A stretch of 64,000 nt of DNA from Ranitomeya imitator (GCF_032444005.1 NC_091282.1:293074001-293138000); one strand, 5' to 3'; counted from the stretch's first letter, positions 22,980 to 35,933 are shown. Made by a program: numbers and translations. The notes: generated from the letters alone by a model not told the origin.

Positions 22980-23884
22980 CTAAACATAAAAAATAAACAA
23001 ATTTTGAGCTCTGGTTAAAGATTAAAGGGCTATTAAAAAAAAATCCGTAAATTATTTTGGGTTTTTACATAGAAACTTTGTGCCCAATTCAAAGCTTTTC
23101 CGCCAGACAGCGTTGGATTGGAGTAGTTTGGGCCCACCAGAGAAAATCATTCTAAGGGCCCACCATGCTTAAGGGGTACTAGCTGCAGAGTCTTCCCTTA
23201 GTTTCCATCTAGTTAAGCACCCTTATTGGCAGCAGATAATTTTGTGTAAACAAGACAAGTGCTGCCGAGAACAATGATATTCTATAAGCACAGAAAGATT
23301 TTATTTAGACATGTGCCACATACACACAATACATACACACCAGTCACACGCTAGACACAGGATACATACACGTGACACACCCACCAGTCACACCCTAGCC
23401 ACATGACACACTCACACGCCATGCAAACACCAGTCACACACTAGACACAGGATTAGAAATGAGCAGATCCCTAGATGTTCGGGTCTGGCCAAACAGTTAA
23501 AAATGAGTCCAGGTTCGGGTACCAGAACAGTACCTGGACCCCATTCATTTGAATGGGTGGCCCATACATCCAGTGTTTACCACTCTGTTAGATGCAAGAC
23601 AGAGCGGCAAACACTGCTTCTGATCAGCAGTAAAATCATTACCGCCAGTCAGACAGCTGATGTTCACACGCTGTCAAATGATGCGAGCCCGCAGCTGTGA
23701 TCGGAGGTATAAAGTTTACCTCCGGTTACTGGCGTCGACTAACCTCATCGAGGTTACGGCAAGTCACTTAAGCTTGTGTTCCCAGCTAGGCTCCTGAACT
23801 GTGGTGACCTTGGAGAGATGCCCACTAGCACAGTGAGAAAGTCCCACGGTGCAGAGGCGGTGAACTCACCAATGGGCTTTATCT

Positions 23885-24120
23885 CACTCCCCCACTCTTC
23901 TCCACACAGCCCCTGATCACCCTCTTTTTCCCCACAAAACTCATCATCCCCCCTTTTCCACACAGCCCCCTCATCACCCCCCTTCCCCTTTTCCACACAG
24001 CCCCTCATCACCCCCCCTTATCCACAAAGCTCATCATCCCTCCTTCTCCACACAGCCCCTCATCATCCCTCCTTCTCCGCACAGCCCCTTATCATCTCTC
24101 CTTCTCCACACAGCCCCTTA
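23885..24120. repeat. C-rich degenerate minisatellite (CCACACAGCCCCTCATCACCCC-like)
   Basis: About 7-8 imperfect units of 25-31 bp. Confidence 0.75.
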
Positions 24121-25143
24121 CAAGTTACATCAAATAAATACAGTTAGGTCCATATATATTTGGACAGAGACAACATTTTTCTAATTTTGGTTTTAGACAT
24201 TACCACAATGAATTTTAAACAACGCAATTCAGATGCAGTTGAAATTCAGACTTTCAGCTTTCATTTGAGGGTATCCACATTAAAATTATATGAAGGGTTT
24301 AGGAGTTTCAGCTCCTTAGCATGTGCCACCCTGTTTTCAAAGGGACCAAAAGTAATTGGACAATTGACTCCAAGGCTATTTCATGGATAGGTGTGGGCAA
24401 TCCCTTCGTTATGTCATTCTCAATTAATCAGATAAAAGGCCTGGAGTTGATTTGAGGTGTGGTGCTCGCATTTGGAAGGTTTTGCTGTGAAGTAAACATG
24501 CTGTCAAAGGAGCTCTCCATGCAGGTGAAACAAGCCATCCTTAAGCTGCAAAAACAGAAAAAAACTCATCCGAGAAATTGCTACAATATTAAGAGTAGCA
24601 AAATCGACAGTTTGATACATCCTGAGAAAGAAAGAAAGCACTGGTGAACTCATCAATGCAAAAAGACATGGGCGCCCACAGAAGAGAACAATGGTGGATG
24701 ATCGCAGAATAATCTCCATGGTGAAGAGAAACCCCTTCACAACAGCCAACCAAGTGAACAACACTCTCCAGGAGGTAGACGTATCAATATCCAAATCTAT
24801 CATAAAGAGAAGACTGCATGAAAGTTAATACAGAGGGTTCACTACACGGTGCAAGCCACCCATAAGCATCAAGAATAAAAAGGCTAGACTGGACTTTGCT
24901 AAAAAAACATCTAAAAAAGCCATCACAGTTCTGGAAGAACATTCTTTGGACAGATTAAACCAAGATCAACCTGGGGCGTGGCCTGAACGTCCATGTGAGC
25001 GGACGTGTGACAGAGCGCTCCCGCTGCTAACGCTGAATTTATCCTGATAAGCCACAGCTGAGCGGCGATTCAAGGCGCTTACCGGCTGCAGGAGAGTCCC
25101 GGGAGTGCGGAGGTGAATAGAGGCGGACCCGAGGTCAACAAAT

Positions 25144-26206
25144 ATGACCAGAAGGAGGCAAAGAGATGCAGGAGCCGGCGAGGCTGGGACCGGCCAAGAT
25201 GGCGCCGACGCCAGGGAGAAGGCGGAGAAGGACAACGCGGCATGCCAGAAGAGAATGGCGGCGGCGGCAAAGCTCCAGCAGTTTGCTAGAGTGGAGGCCG
25301 CAGGGAAAACAGGAAAAGCAGAGGAGGACGCCGGAGCAGACACAGACACAGAAGGAGAGGAGGAAAGCCCAGCAGAGGAGCAGGAGGTACAACAGGGGAG
25401 CAGGAATGGTGACATGGCGGTGGTAGTAGGGGGATCTGAAGATAAGGAGTCAGGAGTAGAGCCCACCCTTAGAGATGTTTTTGCACTGGTATCATCATGC
25501 AAACAATCCCTGACCCAGCAGCTACAGGAGGTCAAGGGGGATACAGCCCAGATAAATGCAGCCCTGCAGAAGATTGACAAACGTGTGGGGGCTGTGGAGG
25601 AAAGAGTGAGCACGGCAGAAGACCATATAGTGCAGCTGCAGAAAGCGGAGAGGAAGTTTACTCAAGCAATATCGGAGCTAGCTGCCAAAAATGAGGATCT
25701 GGAGAATAGGTCCAGAAGAAATAACATTCGTATAGTGGGTGTCCCTGAAAAAACTGAGGGGAGGAATCCCACGGAGTATATTGAAAGCTGGCTCCTTGAG
25801 ACTTTTGGTGATGCAGTACTGACAAAAGTATTTGCGGTAGAAAGAGCCCACAGGGTCCCACCGAAACCACCTGTCCCTGGAGCAAGTCCCCGTACCATGC
25901 TTGCCAAAATCCTAAACTACAGAGACAGAGACATTATCCTGAGGAAGGCTAGAGACATGACGGATCTGACAATTGGAGGTCAAAGAATTGCTATTTACCC
26001 TGACTATTCCGCCCTGGTACAGAAACAACGGATGATGTTCACGGGTATCAAGAGACGGCTGAGAGAACTGGGAGTGCAATACTCCATGATGTTTCCGGCA
26101 CGACAGAGTGGTAGCGTTGGATAAGATTCATTTTTTCCAGACGCCGGAGGACGCTACCCAGTGGATAGATCTTAACGCTAAAAAGCTTAAAGGGAAAGGA
26201 GATTGA
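25144..26206 (+). CDS. L1 ORF1 with a late frameshift near 26104
   Basis: Coiled coil, RSRRNNIRIVGVPE, ERAHR and YPDYS motifs; C-terminus RVVALDKIHFFQTPEDA continues in another frame to TGA at 26204-26206. Confidence 0.88.
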
Positions 26207-26662
26207 AAATGTGGGGTGGGTTAGTCGGGAGGTATTTTACTTCTTTCAAAAAGGGGAAAAAGAGATGGACTGACAGTACATTGGTAATTGAAATGTGAAG
26301 GTTGGAGGGTGGAGCTGGGTATTACTCAGGGAACGCACTGGGAGTGCTGATGCGGCGGAGAAGTACGAGGGATGAAGGGGGTGCAGCATACTAAAAGTTT
26401 ATTTAGTTTCTTGCAGTTGTAATTTAATACAGGTTGAATTATTTTGTTCTTCTAAGAATTGCGGCGAATTCTGTTATAAACGGTAGCGGGAGGCGGAAGG
26501 AGAAGGTTATGTTAATAAGAGTGTTCGCAATGGGTGATGGTGCCCCACTCTTGATAAGAGGCAGAATGTATAGTATTGGGGGGTGTGGGGGAGGGGGGGT
26601 AGGTGTAAGGGTGGGGAGGGAAGTTAGACAGCTCAGAACTGGGAGTAACGACATAACTAAAG

Positions 26663-29600
26663 ATGATGAGTCACATAATAGGGGACCGCTTTAAGATATT
26701 GAGTTGGAATGTGAGAGGTCTGGCGGATAAGTCTAGGAGAGCTGCGAGCTTGCAGTATGCGAAGGATCAACGGGCTTCTATGATATGCTTGCTAGAGACG
26801 CACTTGATACAGGAGAAAGTGGACATACTGAATAGACGTTGGATACAGAAAGGGTATCATTCTACCTTTTCGACGTACTCAAGGGGTGTGTCAGTGTTGG
26901 TGCCGGTGGGAGTGCAGTATGAAGAGGTGAAAGTATGCGTGGATGCTGAGGGTCAGTATGTGGTGATACAATGTATATTGTATGGAGTGAGATTGTGTGT
27001 TGTGGCAATGTATATTCCACCTCCATATTCAAGTAAGAAGATCAGGGAGGTGTTGGAGAAGGTGGAACGATGGGAACCACTACCACTCTTAATTATTGAG
27101 GATTTGAACAATATCTGTGATGACTTTTGGGATAAAAATAAGAACACCCAGAACAGGTCGGAGGGGCACACTACAACATTTGGTACCTATGTGCGTGAAA
27201 TAGGCATGATTGATCTATGGAGAGTTAGACATGTTGGGGAGAGAGGGTACTCGTGCTACTCACCGGCACATGCTACGTTATCCAGAATTGATATGGCGCT
27301 GGGTAACTGTCTGATGGACACAATGGTGGGGGAGGTGCATTATCTGCCGAGAGCTCTTTCGGATCACAGCCCAGTTGAGGTAGAGGTCAGGCTGTTGGGG
27401 ACACGGACCGCAAGCGGGAGAGAATGGAAGATCCATCCTAATTGGTTACAGAGCATTGACTTGGAGGGTATAGGGAAGGAGGTGACGGAATTCTTTGCTT
27501 TAAATGATGGGAGTACAGATGCCCTAATTGTTTGGGATGCAATGAAAGCGTACCTGAGAGGGCTACTATTTAGAGACATTAGTAGGTGCAAGCGGAGGAC
27601 AAGGGAGGCGGAGAGAGTGGCGGTGGAGGAGCTGAAGGCTGCAGAGGACGAGATGGTAGTGCTGGGGACTTCCGAGGCAGAGAAAAGGTTGAGAACAGCG
27701 CAAACTCGTATGGAAAAGATTCTGCTGGGAAAAGCTGAAAGGAAGCGGGAGTTTCAGAGGGTGACTTATTTTCAGGAGGGAGAAACAGTGGGACACATGC
27801 TATCGGTGGTAGCCGCTGCTCAGCGTAGTACCTCGTATGTACACTCGTTGGTTTCAGATGGGGGGAGAAGGGTATCTGAAACACCTGAAATTATAAAGGT
27901 CTTTGAGGACTTTTACACGGACTTATATTCCTCCAGGGTCAATGAGTCAGTCGGAGATACGGAGACTTTCCTTGAGAGTCTGGGTCTTCCGAAATTGAGT
28001 GAAGAGGATAGGGTGAGCCTCGATGCCCCTATCACCGAGGAGGAACTGAGTCGGGCGCTGAAGTCTATGGCCAATGGGAAGGCACCTGGGGTTGATGGGT
28101 TACCAGCCGAAATCTATAAAAGTTTGGGGGAAGTGTTGATTCCCAGATTAAAGTTAGTACTGGAGGAGGCTGGATGCCAAGGGTATCTCCCAGCATCTAT
28201 GAGGGAGGCTATTATAGTGGTTATTCCGAAGGAGGATAAGGATCTGGGGAAACCTGAGTCATATCGCCCAATTTCTCTGTTAACCATCGATGTCAAACTC
28301 TTGGCCAAGGTGTTAGCTTCCCGTTTGTCCAGCGTCATTGCTAACCTTGTACATCCGGATCAGTCCGGCTTTATGCCTGACAGGTCTACAGCGGTTAATC
28401 TGCGGAGGCTGCATATGAACCTGCAGCTGAAGTCTGACAACTGTGGCCGAAGGGTTATTGCATCCCTGGATGCCCATAAGGCGTTTGACAGTGTGGAGTG
28501 GGGATATCTATGGCGGGTGTTGAAGTTTATGGGTATTGGACCGCAATTTGTGGCGTGGACTCAACTGTTATATTCACTACCAACAGCTAGAATTAGAGTG
28601 AATGAGGAACTTTCTCAGCCTATAAAGTTGGCCAGAGGTACGAGGCAGGGTTGCCCACTGTCGCCCCTTCTGTTTGCCTTAGCTGTGGAGCCACTGGCCG
28701 CCAAGATCCGACAGTCGGATGAGGTCCCTGGGTTCAGATATGGGAGTGTTGAGGAGAAGATTGCGTTATATGCAGATGACATCTTACTGTTCCTGGCGGA
28801 TCCGGATGACGCCTTGAAAGGGGCTATCGAGATCATTGGGAAATTTGGAGCCTTGTCGGGACTGAGGATAAATTGGGATAAATCGGTCCTCTTTGAGGTG
28901 GATGGGGTGGAGGAGAGCAGAAGTGAACCATTGGGAGAGGGGCGGCTTAAGGTGGCATCCCTTTTCAAATACCTGGGAATATGGATCTCGATGCCAGTTA
29001 CAGAGTTTTTGTATAGGAATTTGACTCCTCTCATGGGCGCCCTTAAAGCAAAAGTAGATGCGTGGAATAAATTGCACCTATCGGTGGTGGGTAGGGTTAA
29101 TCTCATTAAAATGGTTCTGATGCCCAAAATACTTTACGTCCTACATAATGCGCCAGTTTGGATTCCACGGGGGAAATTTCGGCAGATTGATGCTCTTTTT
29201 AGAAGCCTGATATGGGGGAGGCGGTACCCACGTATTCGCCTGGAGACGCTTCAGCGACCCAAGGATGATGGAGGATTGGCTTTACCCAATCCTGAGTTAT
29301 ATTTTCTTGCAGCCCAGAGCCAGCATTTGAAGGGCTGGGCGCGGGGGGCGTCTACCAGTGCGGTACAACACTTGATGGAGAGGGTGACAAACCGACGACC
29401 GGTGGCACAGTGTCTGGAGGATGGCTCCTTGGGAGTTTTGGGGAAATTGTACCCAACTATGTTTTTGATACATAAATTATGGACCAGACTGCGACAGATT
29501 CGGGGGGTTACGGGGCTGACTAAATTTAAACCGATATGGCTTAATAATAATTTGGTTGAGTTTGCGGCTCTTGGAGTGCTGGCAGAGTGGCAGGCCAAAG

Positions 29601-30430
29601 GAATCCACTTGGTTGCTCAGATAATTCAACAACGAGGGTTAAAGTCCTTTTCGCAGCTGCAGGGGGAGTTTGGATTGAAACCGACTGGGGAGTATCAATA
29701 TGCTCAGATGAAACACGCCTTTAAAGCTCAAAACAAGGGCGGTGGTATTGTATTCCAGAACTATGTCCTCCTGGATCTCGTGTGTGGGGAAGGGTCCACA
29801 AGGGGAGTCATTACCACCCTTTATAAGGACCTTCTGCATGCATATTTGCTAGACTTTCCTCTAAAAGCGAGAGCGAAATGGGAAAGAGATTTAGGCCCAA
29901 TGGAGGATGAAACCTGGGAGTCGGTGTTGGAGTGGGTTCCACGAGTGTCACTAAGTGAGCCGTATAGACTATCGCAGCTGTACATCTTACACAGAGTCTA
30001 TAAATCACCGGAAGTGTTGTATAGAGCGGGGTTGCGTGCTGACTCTGAATGCCCGAGATGTAAGACTGAGAATGCAGGAATATACCACATGATGTGGACA
30101 TGTCCAAGACTGGTTGCTTTCTGGCTGGTGGTGATGAGCCGGGTGGAAGGGGCGTACAAATGCAGAGTGCCGAGAGATCCGATAGTGTGTCTACTGGGAT
30201 ATGTAGAGGAAATTAGAGTGGATAACACCTGGAAGATAGCAATAGCTAGGCTATTATATATGGCTAGGAAGGTAATAGCAAGGAACTGGATCAAGGAGGA
30301 GCCGCCTACAAGGGGTGAATTCCTGAAGTATGTTAAACATGGTCTCAATCTGGAAAAGGGGGTCTACAAAAGACGTGGGAAAATAGAAACGTTTGAAAAA
30401 ATGTGGTCTCCGTGGCTCGAACTGGGATGA
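26663..30430 (+). CDS. L1 ORF2: endonuclease, RT and CCHC, 1255 aa, open
   Basis: SWNVRGL, LETH, SDH; QGCPLSP, YADD; CPRC...HMMWTC. Confidence 0.95.
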   Translation: MMSHIIGDRFKILSWNVRGLADKSRRAASLQYAKDQRASMICLLETHLIQEKVDILNRRWIQKGYHSTFSTYSRGVSVLVPVGVQYEEVKVCVDAEGQYVVIQCILYGVRLCVVAMYIPPPYSSKKIREVLEKVERWEPLPLLIIEDLNNICDDFWDKNKNTQNRSEGHTTTFGTYVREIGMIDLWRVRHVGERGYSCYSPAHATLSRIDMALGNCLMDTMVGEVHYLPRALSDHSPVEVEVRLLGTRTASGREWKIHPNWLQSIDLEGIGKEVTEFFALNDGSTDALIVWDAMKAYLRGLLFRDISRCKRRTREAERVAVEELKAAEDEMVVLGTSEAEKRLRTAQTRMEKILLGKAERKREFQRVTYFQEGETVGHMLSVVAAAQRSTSYVHSLVSDGGRRVSETPEIIKVFEDFYTDLYSSRVNESVGDTETFLESLGLPKLSEEDRVSLDAPITEEELSRALKSMANGKAPGVDGLPAEIYKSLGEVLIPRLKLVLEEAGCQGYLPASMREAIIVVIPKEDKDLGKPESYRPISLLTIDVKLLAKVLASRLSSVIANLVHPDQSGFMPDRSTAVNLRRLHMNLQLKSDNCGRRVIASLDAHKAFDSVEWGYLWRVLKFMGIGPQFVAWTQLLYSLPTARIRVNEELSQPIKLARGTRQGCPLSPLLFALAVEPLAAKIRQSDEVPGFRYGSVEEKIALYADDILLFLADPDDALKGAIEIIGKFGALSGLRINWDKSVLFEVDGVEESRSEPLGEGRLKVASLFKYLGIWISMPVTEFLYRNLTPLMGALKAKVDAWNKLHLSVVGRVNLIKMVLMPKILYVLHNAPVWIPRGKFRQIDALFRSLIWGRRYPRIRLETLQRPKDDGGLALPNPELYFLAAQSQHLKGWARGASTSAVQHLMERVTNRRPVAQCLEDGSLGVLGKLYPTMFLIHKLWTRLRQIRGVTGLTKFKPIWLNNNLVEFAALGVLAEWQAKGIHLVAQIIQQRGLKSFSQLQGEFGLKPTGEYQYAQMKHAFKAQNKGGGIVFQNYVLLDLVCGEGSTRGVITTLYKDLLHAYLLDFPLKARAKWERDLGPMEDETWESVLEWVPRVSLSEPYRLSQLYILHRVYKSPEVLYRAGLRADSECPRCKTENAGIYHMMWTCPRLVAFWLVVMSRVEGAYKCRVPRDPIVCLLGYVEEIRVDNTWKIAIARLLYMARKVIARNWIKEEPPTRGEFLKYVKHGLNLEKGVYKRRGKIETFEKMWSPWLELG

Positions 30431-31800
30431 GTAGTTATGGGAAATGGGAGGATGAGGGCCTCTGAAAGGAAGAGAGTGCTAGAGGAACAAGCGGACATAA
30501 GTGAGTCAAATGGCTCAAAGAGCCATCAATACTGGTAACAAAAGTATAACTGGGAAGGAGCTGTCAGGGGAGGGGGAGGTCTGGGATTTGTTGGGATTGT
30601 TGGGGGTTTGGAAAATGTTAAAATTTTGTAATATACTGGAAAATGCATAAAATGTATTGTTCATGTTCGCTTTCAATAAAAATCTATTTAAAACAAAAAA
30701 AAAACCAAGATCAACCTCTACCAGAATGATGGAAAGAGAAAAGTATGGCGAAGGCGTGGTACAGCTCATGATGCAAAGCATACCACATCATCTGTAAAAC
30801 ACGGCGGAGGCAGTGTGATGGCTTGGGCATGCATGGCTGCCAGTGGGTCACTAGTGTTTATTGATGATGCGACACAGGACAGAAGCAGCCGAATGACTTC
30901 CGAGTTATTCAGAGACATACTGTGTGCTCAGATCCAGTCAAATGCAGCCAAACGGATTGGTTGTCATTTCATACTACAGATGGACAATGGCCCAAAACAT
31001 AAAGCCAAAGCAACCCAGGAGTTTATTAAAGCAAAGAAGTGAAATATTCTTGAATGGCCAAGTCAGTCGCCTGATCTCAACCCAATTGAGCATGCATTTC
31101 ACTTGTTAAAGACTAAACTTCAGACAGAAAGGCCCACAAACAAACAGCAACTGAAAACCACAGCAGTGAAGGCCTGGCAGAGCATCAAAAAGGAGGAAAC
31201 ACAGCGTCTGGTGATGTCCATGAGTTCAAGACTTCAGGCAGTCATTGCCAACAAAGGGTTTTCAACCAAGTACTAAAAATGAACATTTTATTTAAAATTA
31301 TTGAATCTGTCCAATTACTTTTGGTCCCTTTAAAAACAGGGTGGCACATGTTAAGGAGCTGAAACTCCTAAACCCTTCATCCAATTTTAATGTGGATACT
31401 CTCAAATTAAAGCTGAAAGTCTGAATTTCAACTACATCTGAATTGTTTTGTTTAAAATTCATTGTGGTAATGTCTACAACCAAAATTAGAAAAATGTTGG
31501 CTCTGTCCAAATATATATGGACCTAACTGTACATCCTCTGACCACTCACACTGAATCCTGGGTCTTCATTCCTACCTGAGCAAGGGTCCATTGTGCAGAC
31601 CCTCATTCTTCTCCTCACACAGTTCTATAGTGCAGCCCCCTTGGTCCTCTACTCACAGTACTCCAGCAGCCTCAGTCAGCGCAGTGCTGCTTCCAGCTGT
31701 CAGGTCATTGGTCTGATTGAGGCCCCGCCCCTTCCGGTGACATCATGCCCTCAAAAAATCAACTCCGTTCTAGGTGCTGGAAGTCTGCACTGCTCAGAAC

Positions 31801-31945
31801 CAAGTGATGTGAGGTGAGAGCTTTCTATCACCTGCTGCTGCCGCTTCTATTGATCTCACGAGCAATGCGCAGCTAAGAGAGCGGCACCACAACATCAGTA
31901 GAAGCCGCAGCAGGTGATGAGAAAGCTCTCACCTCACATCACTTG
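31801..31945. repeat. Inverted repeat (hairpin), probably a MITE core
   Basis: Perfect 25-bp arms at 31801-31825 and 31921-31945, extending with mismatches to about 55 bp. Confidence 0.75.
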
Positions 31946-33032
31946 TTACTGAGCAGTGCAGGCGGCCAGCACCGGGTATGGAATAACCCACTCACTGCTG
32001 GGTGCATGCAATCATAATACACTAAAATACAGGAGAGAGCAGGAGTCTGGTGAGGGGGATGGCCCTCTGGGGGGCGGGCCCTCCGGAGGATTCTCCGATC
32101 TCCCGGTGGGCCAGTTTGACCCTGCCACCAGAATTCTGGCCTAAAAAGCTTTGAAAAGCTTTTTCACAGGGCGTGTACTCTTCATACACACCCCCTGAGG
32201 AAGCAGGGTGAAATGTGATTTATGTCTCAGCACACGTGGGTCAGCAACACTATAAAGGTATTTTGCATTCTAATGTCTACTATTGCTGTCATTTTATAGG
32301 ATATCTCACAATGATTATTATCATTGGAATTTTGAGGATATATCCACTTGCACTTTATTTTCACATCACTACATGTTCTAATAAATTAGGGAGTTTTTTT
32401 AGGCAATTTATTCTTTTTTACCATTAGTATGTATATTTAATTATTATACTTGTATACTTACCAGCAGCTCTCAGTCCCATACAGAAGAGCGCTCAACTCT
32501 GCTGCAGGTTCGTGTGTTCGCCATGAGAGAGCTGCTACCAGACCCCTCTGGCTGTGGTTTCTCTCACTGTAATCCACAGCCAGAAATCAGACATGTCTAT
32601 CTTAAACTTCCCAACATCAACTGTCGGGAAGTGTCGGAAGGTCCCTACAGATGTTAGACTCTTGGCTGAACACACCAATATTAAAAAGATCGGCTGATGT
32701 TAGTTTTAGCGGTAATACTCAGTTGAACCCTGCAGGTGAGCATGGCTTTCATCTGCATGCGGTACCGTAGAATGTGAATGTATCCCAAAATTTGTGTGTG
32801 TAAATGAACAAGTGAGCAAATTAAAATCAGTCTCATTTGCCTGAAAACTGATCTGCCTGACAATTACAGCAGTTTTTAGAGCGTAAAACAGGATCTGATG
32901 AGAATTGGTTCTCATCTACATTAAATTTCGGTGGTTGTAATCGACAAACCAATTTTTATCATTTCCAGGTCCGTCAGATTGGTCAGAAAACTGTGTGAAA
33001 ACTCAAAGTGGCCCTGAATGTTTGATACCAAC

Positions 33033-33171
33033 CTCCATAAGATAACAATACAGGAAAGGGCCCTGCGATAGAATAAGATTGGTGCATATACAGCTGGCTA
33101 CAGTCTGTTGAATGGCACGTAATAGCTTCTTGGAGAGCTCCAGGCCATTGTGCAGCTTATCAAGGTTGCTC
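33033..33171 (-). CDS. CDC45: CDC45 coding exon (exon 14 equivalent, 139 bp)
   Basis: (R)[46 protein letters not shown]; CAG/GT bounded. Confidence 0.96.
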
Positions 33172-34532
33172 CTGTAAAACAATTAAAAATGTTACAAACG
33201 ATAATTTTCTCTGCTCCCAACATACAGAAACGGTTAATAATGGTGCAGTTGCCACAAATCGTTTTAGTTAAATCATTTTGGCAATTGTCACATAACCCAT
33301 TATGCCTTAATCACACAGGCAGCACTTGGACACATTCTATGGGGCTATGAAATTTTTCTTTGTAATGTGTTATGTAAAAAAAAGAAGAAAAATAAAAAAG
33401 CAGCATACATATTCCACAGGTCGCTCAGGTCTGAGCAGATAGCTGTAACAGCAGTGGTCGGCACTAGCTGTGATCGCTGTTAACCATTTAGTTTGCACTG
33501 TCAATCACTGACAGTGGCATTTGATCGGCATTTGCTCCCAGCAGACCTCTGCAATGAAACCATTACCATAAAAGCTGGGGATAGCATCGTCATGTTCAAC
33601 GAAATTCTAATAAAAACATAAAATTATTTTTACTTTAAAAATATAATTAATAAAAAACGCTAGAACTGCTGTTCTTTTGATCGGCACATTTCCCCAAATA
33701 AATGTAATATAAAGCAGTCAAATTGTTGGATGCACCCCAAAATTGTGCCAAAATCGTATAGCTTAGTGCTGGAGAAAAAAAAATAAAACACCTCACAGCA
33801 CCATGGACAGAATAATAAAAATGTTACAAGTCACATAAAATGGTGCTAATTTTTTTTTTTTTTTTTTTGGGGGGGGGGGGGGGGAAGGGGGGGGAGGTTC
33901 AAAATGTTTTTAACCAGTGAAATATGAAACAAACACAAAAAAATATATAAAGCTGGAATTACCCGAACTGCACTGACCTGGAGAATCCCATTACCATTTC
34001 AATTCTACTATACAGTGAACTCCGAAAAAAACAAACCTCCAAAAAAAATGGCAGAATTTCACCATTCAGGCACCTTGAATTTTTTTTATGTTTTTCACTG
34101 CATTATATGGTACAAATCACCTCTGCAGAGAGGACGATGACTTGAACTCTAGTGCCATCTACTGGGGCAGCCATCCTAAAAGTCAAGATCAACCCTTTAA
34201 ACGAGCCATAGGAGAAATGTTCCTCCCTATACACTATAAAATTAATGAATGTTGTTCAAACTATAACTAGTACTGCAAAAAAAGGCTCTTGGAACAATGG
34301 GAGGAAAATGAAAGCGCAAAAATGAAAAATGCCTGGAACCTGGAAAGGATTAAAAAGTAAAAAAGCATACCCTGCCGCATAGGTTTTTACGATGGTGGCC
34401 CTTGTATGGCATGGCTTTACATTCACGGCATACATTTACCAGATTCTCCACTAGATAAAGCCGGAATGCTGCAGTATAATGAAAGGATTATACCATTTTC
34501 TTCTTGGGCATAAGTGCGGTAAGATACATTAC

Positions 34533-34694
34533 CTGGACAGGCTGTCTAAAGCCTTGATGAAGTTATCAGTCCCGTGCTCGTCTTTCTCCGTGTTTTCCAA
34601 AAGAGAAATGACAGCAAACACAATGTCAGTGGCCAGAAACCTATTCTTAAATCCAAACTGCACACTGAAGGTCTGCACCCTGATGTCCTTCATC
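34533..34694 (-). CDS. CDC45: CDC45 coding exon (exon 13 equivalent, 162 bp)
   Basis: (G)[53 protein letters not shown](R); CAG/GT bounded. Confidence 0.96.
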
Positions 34695-35933
34695 CTGTCA
34701 GTAAAAGAACAAGGTACGTAGTTACCATTAGATTTTTAGCTCATTTTCTTCTTGCAGAAATCGCTTGCTGTTCTCAATAATATGGTCTCTGTATAATTAG
34801 GGGAATCTCAGAGTTTGGTATTCCTACAATAAACAGCGACACCTACAGGCCTGGCACTGAGCCTACATATCTAAGAGTTCAAGGACCGACTTTGTAGCTA
34901 AAGAATTTGCCACCTCTTATTTTTGTGCATTCTACACTAGGAATTGGATCAGCTACAATTCTTCGCCATCACACAAAGTACGGTAGTAGTAGCCTCGTCT
35001 TCACATTCACATGGATAAGCTTATAGCTCCCTTTTCTGGACTTAAAATTGTGGACAGAAGAGGTTACACGGCAGATCTATCAACAGCGTCTTACACACGG
35101 CTCTTTTACATTGCACAAAACTTTATGGCAGATCGTGCAAAGGGCGCCAGGTGTGCAAGAGTCTGAGATCGGGCTCAGAAATTTCATCCAGAAAAACGTC
35201 CAATTCCTATTTTTTCTAATGCACTGATGCAATTCATCCAAATATAACAAATATCATCTATGTTTGGTTTTGCTGTTATCATACTGACCTGGACAATCAT
35301 GTTGTCATATTAACTTTTGTTGCCCAAAAAAAAAAATTTTTTTTTTTTTTTCTTATTTTATCCCACTTGGATTTTTTCAGCACATAAAAACAAATGGTGG
35401 GATTCAAAACTACAAATTGGCCCTCAAAAAACAAAACTCATATGGCCATGTTGACGGAAAAATACAACAAAATTACAGCTTTTGGAAAGAAGGAAGGAAA
35501 GAACTGAAAACGAAAAAATGAAAGCCGTGCATGTAAATACCCCCTGTACCCTTGTTGTATGGGTTAAGGATGAAGTTACACTGCGCAGTCAGACTGCAGT
35601 ATTTGCTGCGATTTTGCAAACGTAAACGCTGAAAAGAAATGTAATATGAACGCATCATCTAAAGAAGCCCAATCATGAAGGAGGGGAATTACAACTGTTA
35701 CCTCCCAGATTTGGGAGTTAGATCCCACTCTGGACACAAGATGGAAACTAAACTCCTGCTTTTATTTAGAATGATCTAGACGCTAATCTAAAGAGGTCTT
35801 GTTACTGGCGCCCCCAATCAGGGCGGCGAATCTGACAAGTGCTCCCCTCCTACCTACAGAAACCAATGTGCTGTCATGTTGTCTGACTAATGTGAATATT
35901 TAAACAAGACAAAAATAATACTAATGTCATTTA

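Larger units (their letters stand above)
24973..30701 (+). mobile_element. Full-length L1-clade LINE (5.7 kb)
   Basis: 16-bp TSD AAACCAAGATCAACCT (24957-24972, 30702-30717); GC-rich 5' UTR; AATAAA at 30675 and an A tail. Confidence 0.95.
24141..31529 (+). mobile_element. Tc1-like DNA transposon (DD34E), defective, hosting an L1
   Basis: TIRs of about 220 bp starting CAGTTAGGTCCATATATATTTGGACAGAG with TA on both flanks; transposase remnant with QMD-(34 aa)-E and several stops. Confidence 0.9.

Noticed and set aside
32895-32916. CTGATGAG hairpin as a possible hammerhead
   Set aside because: There is no GAAA after the stem and no stems I or III.
33848-33896. Abutting poly-T and poly-G runs
   Set aside because: Low-complexity tract within a MITE fragment, likely slippage or base-calling noise.
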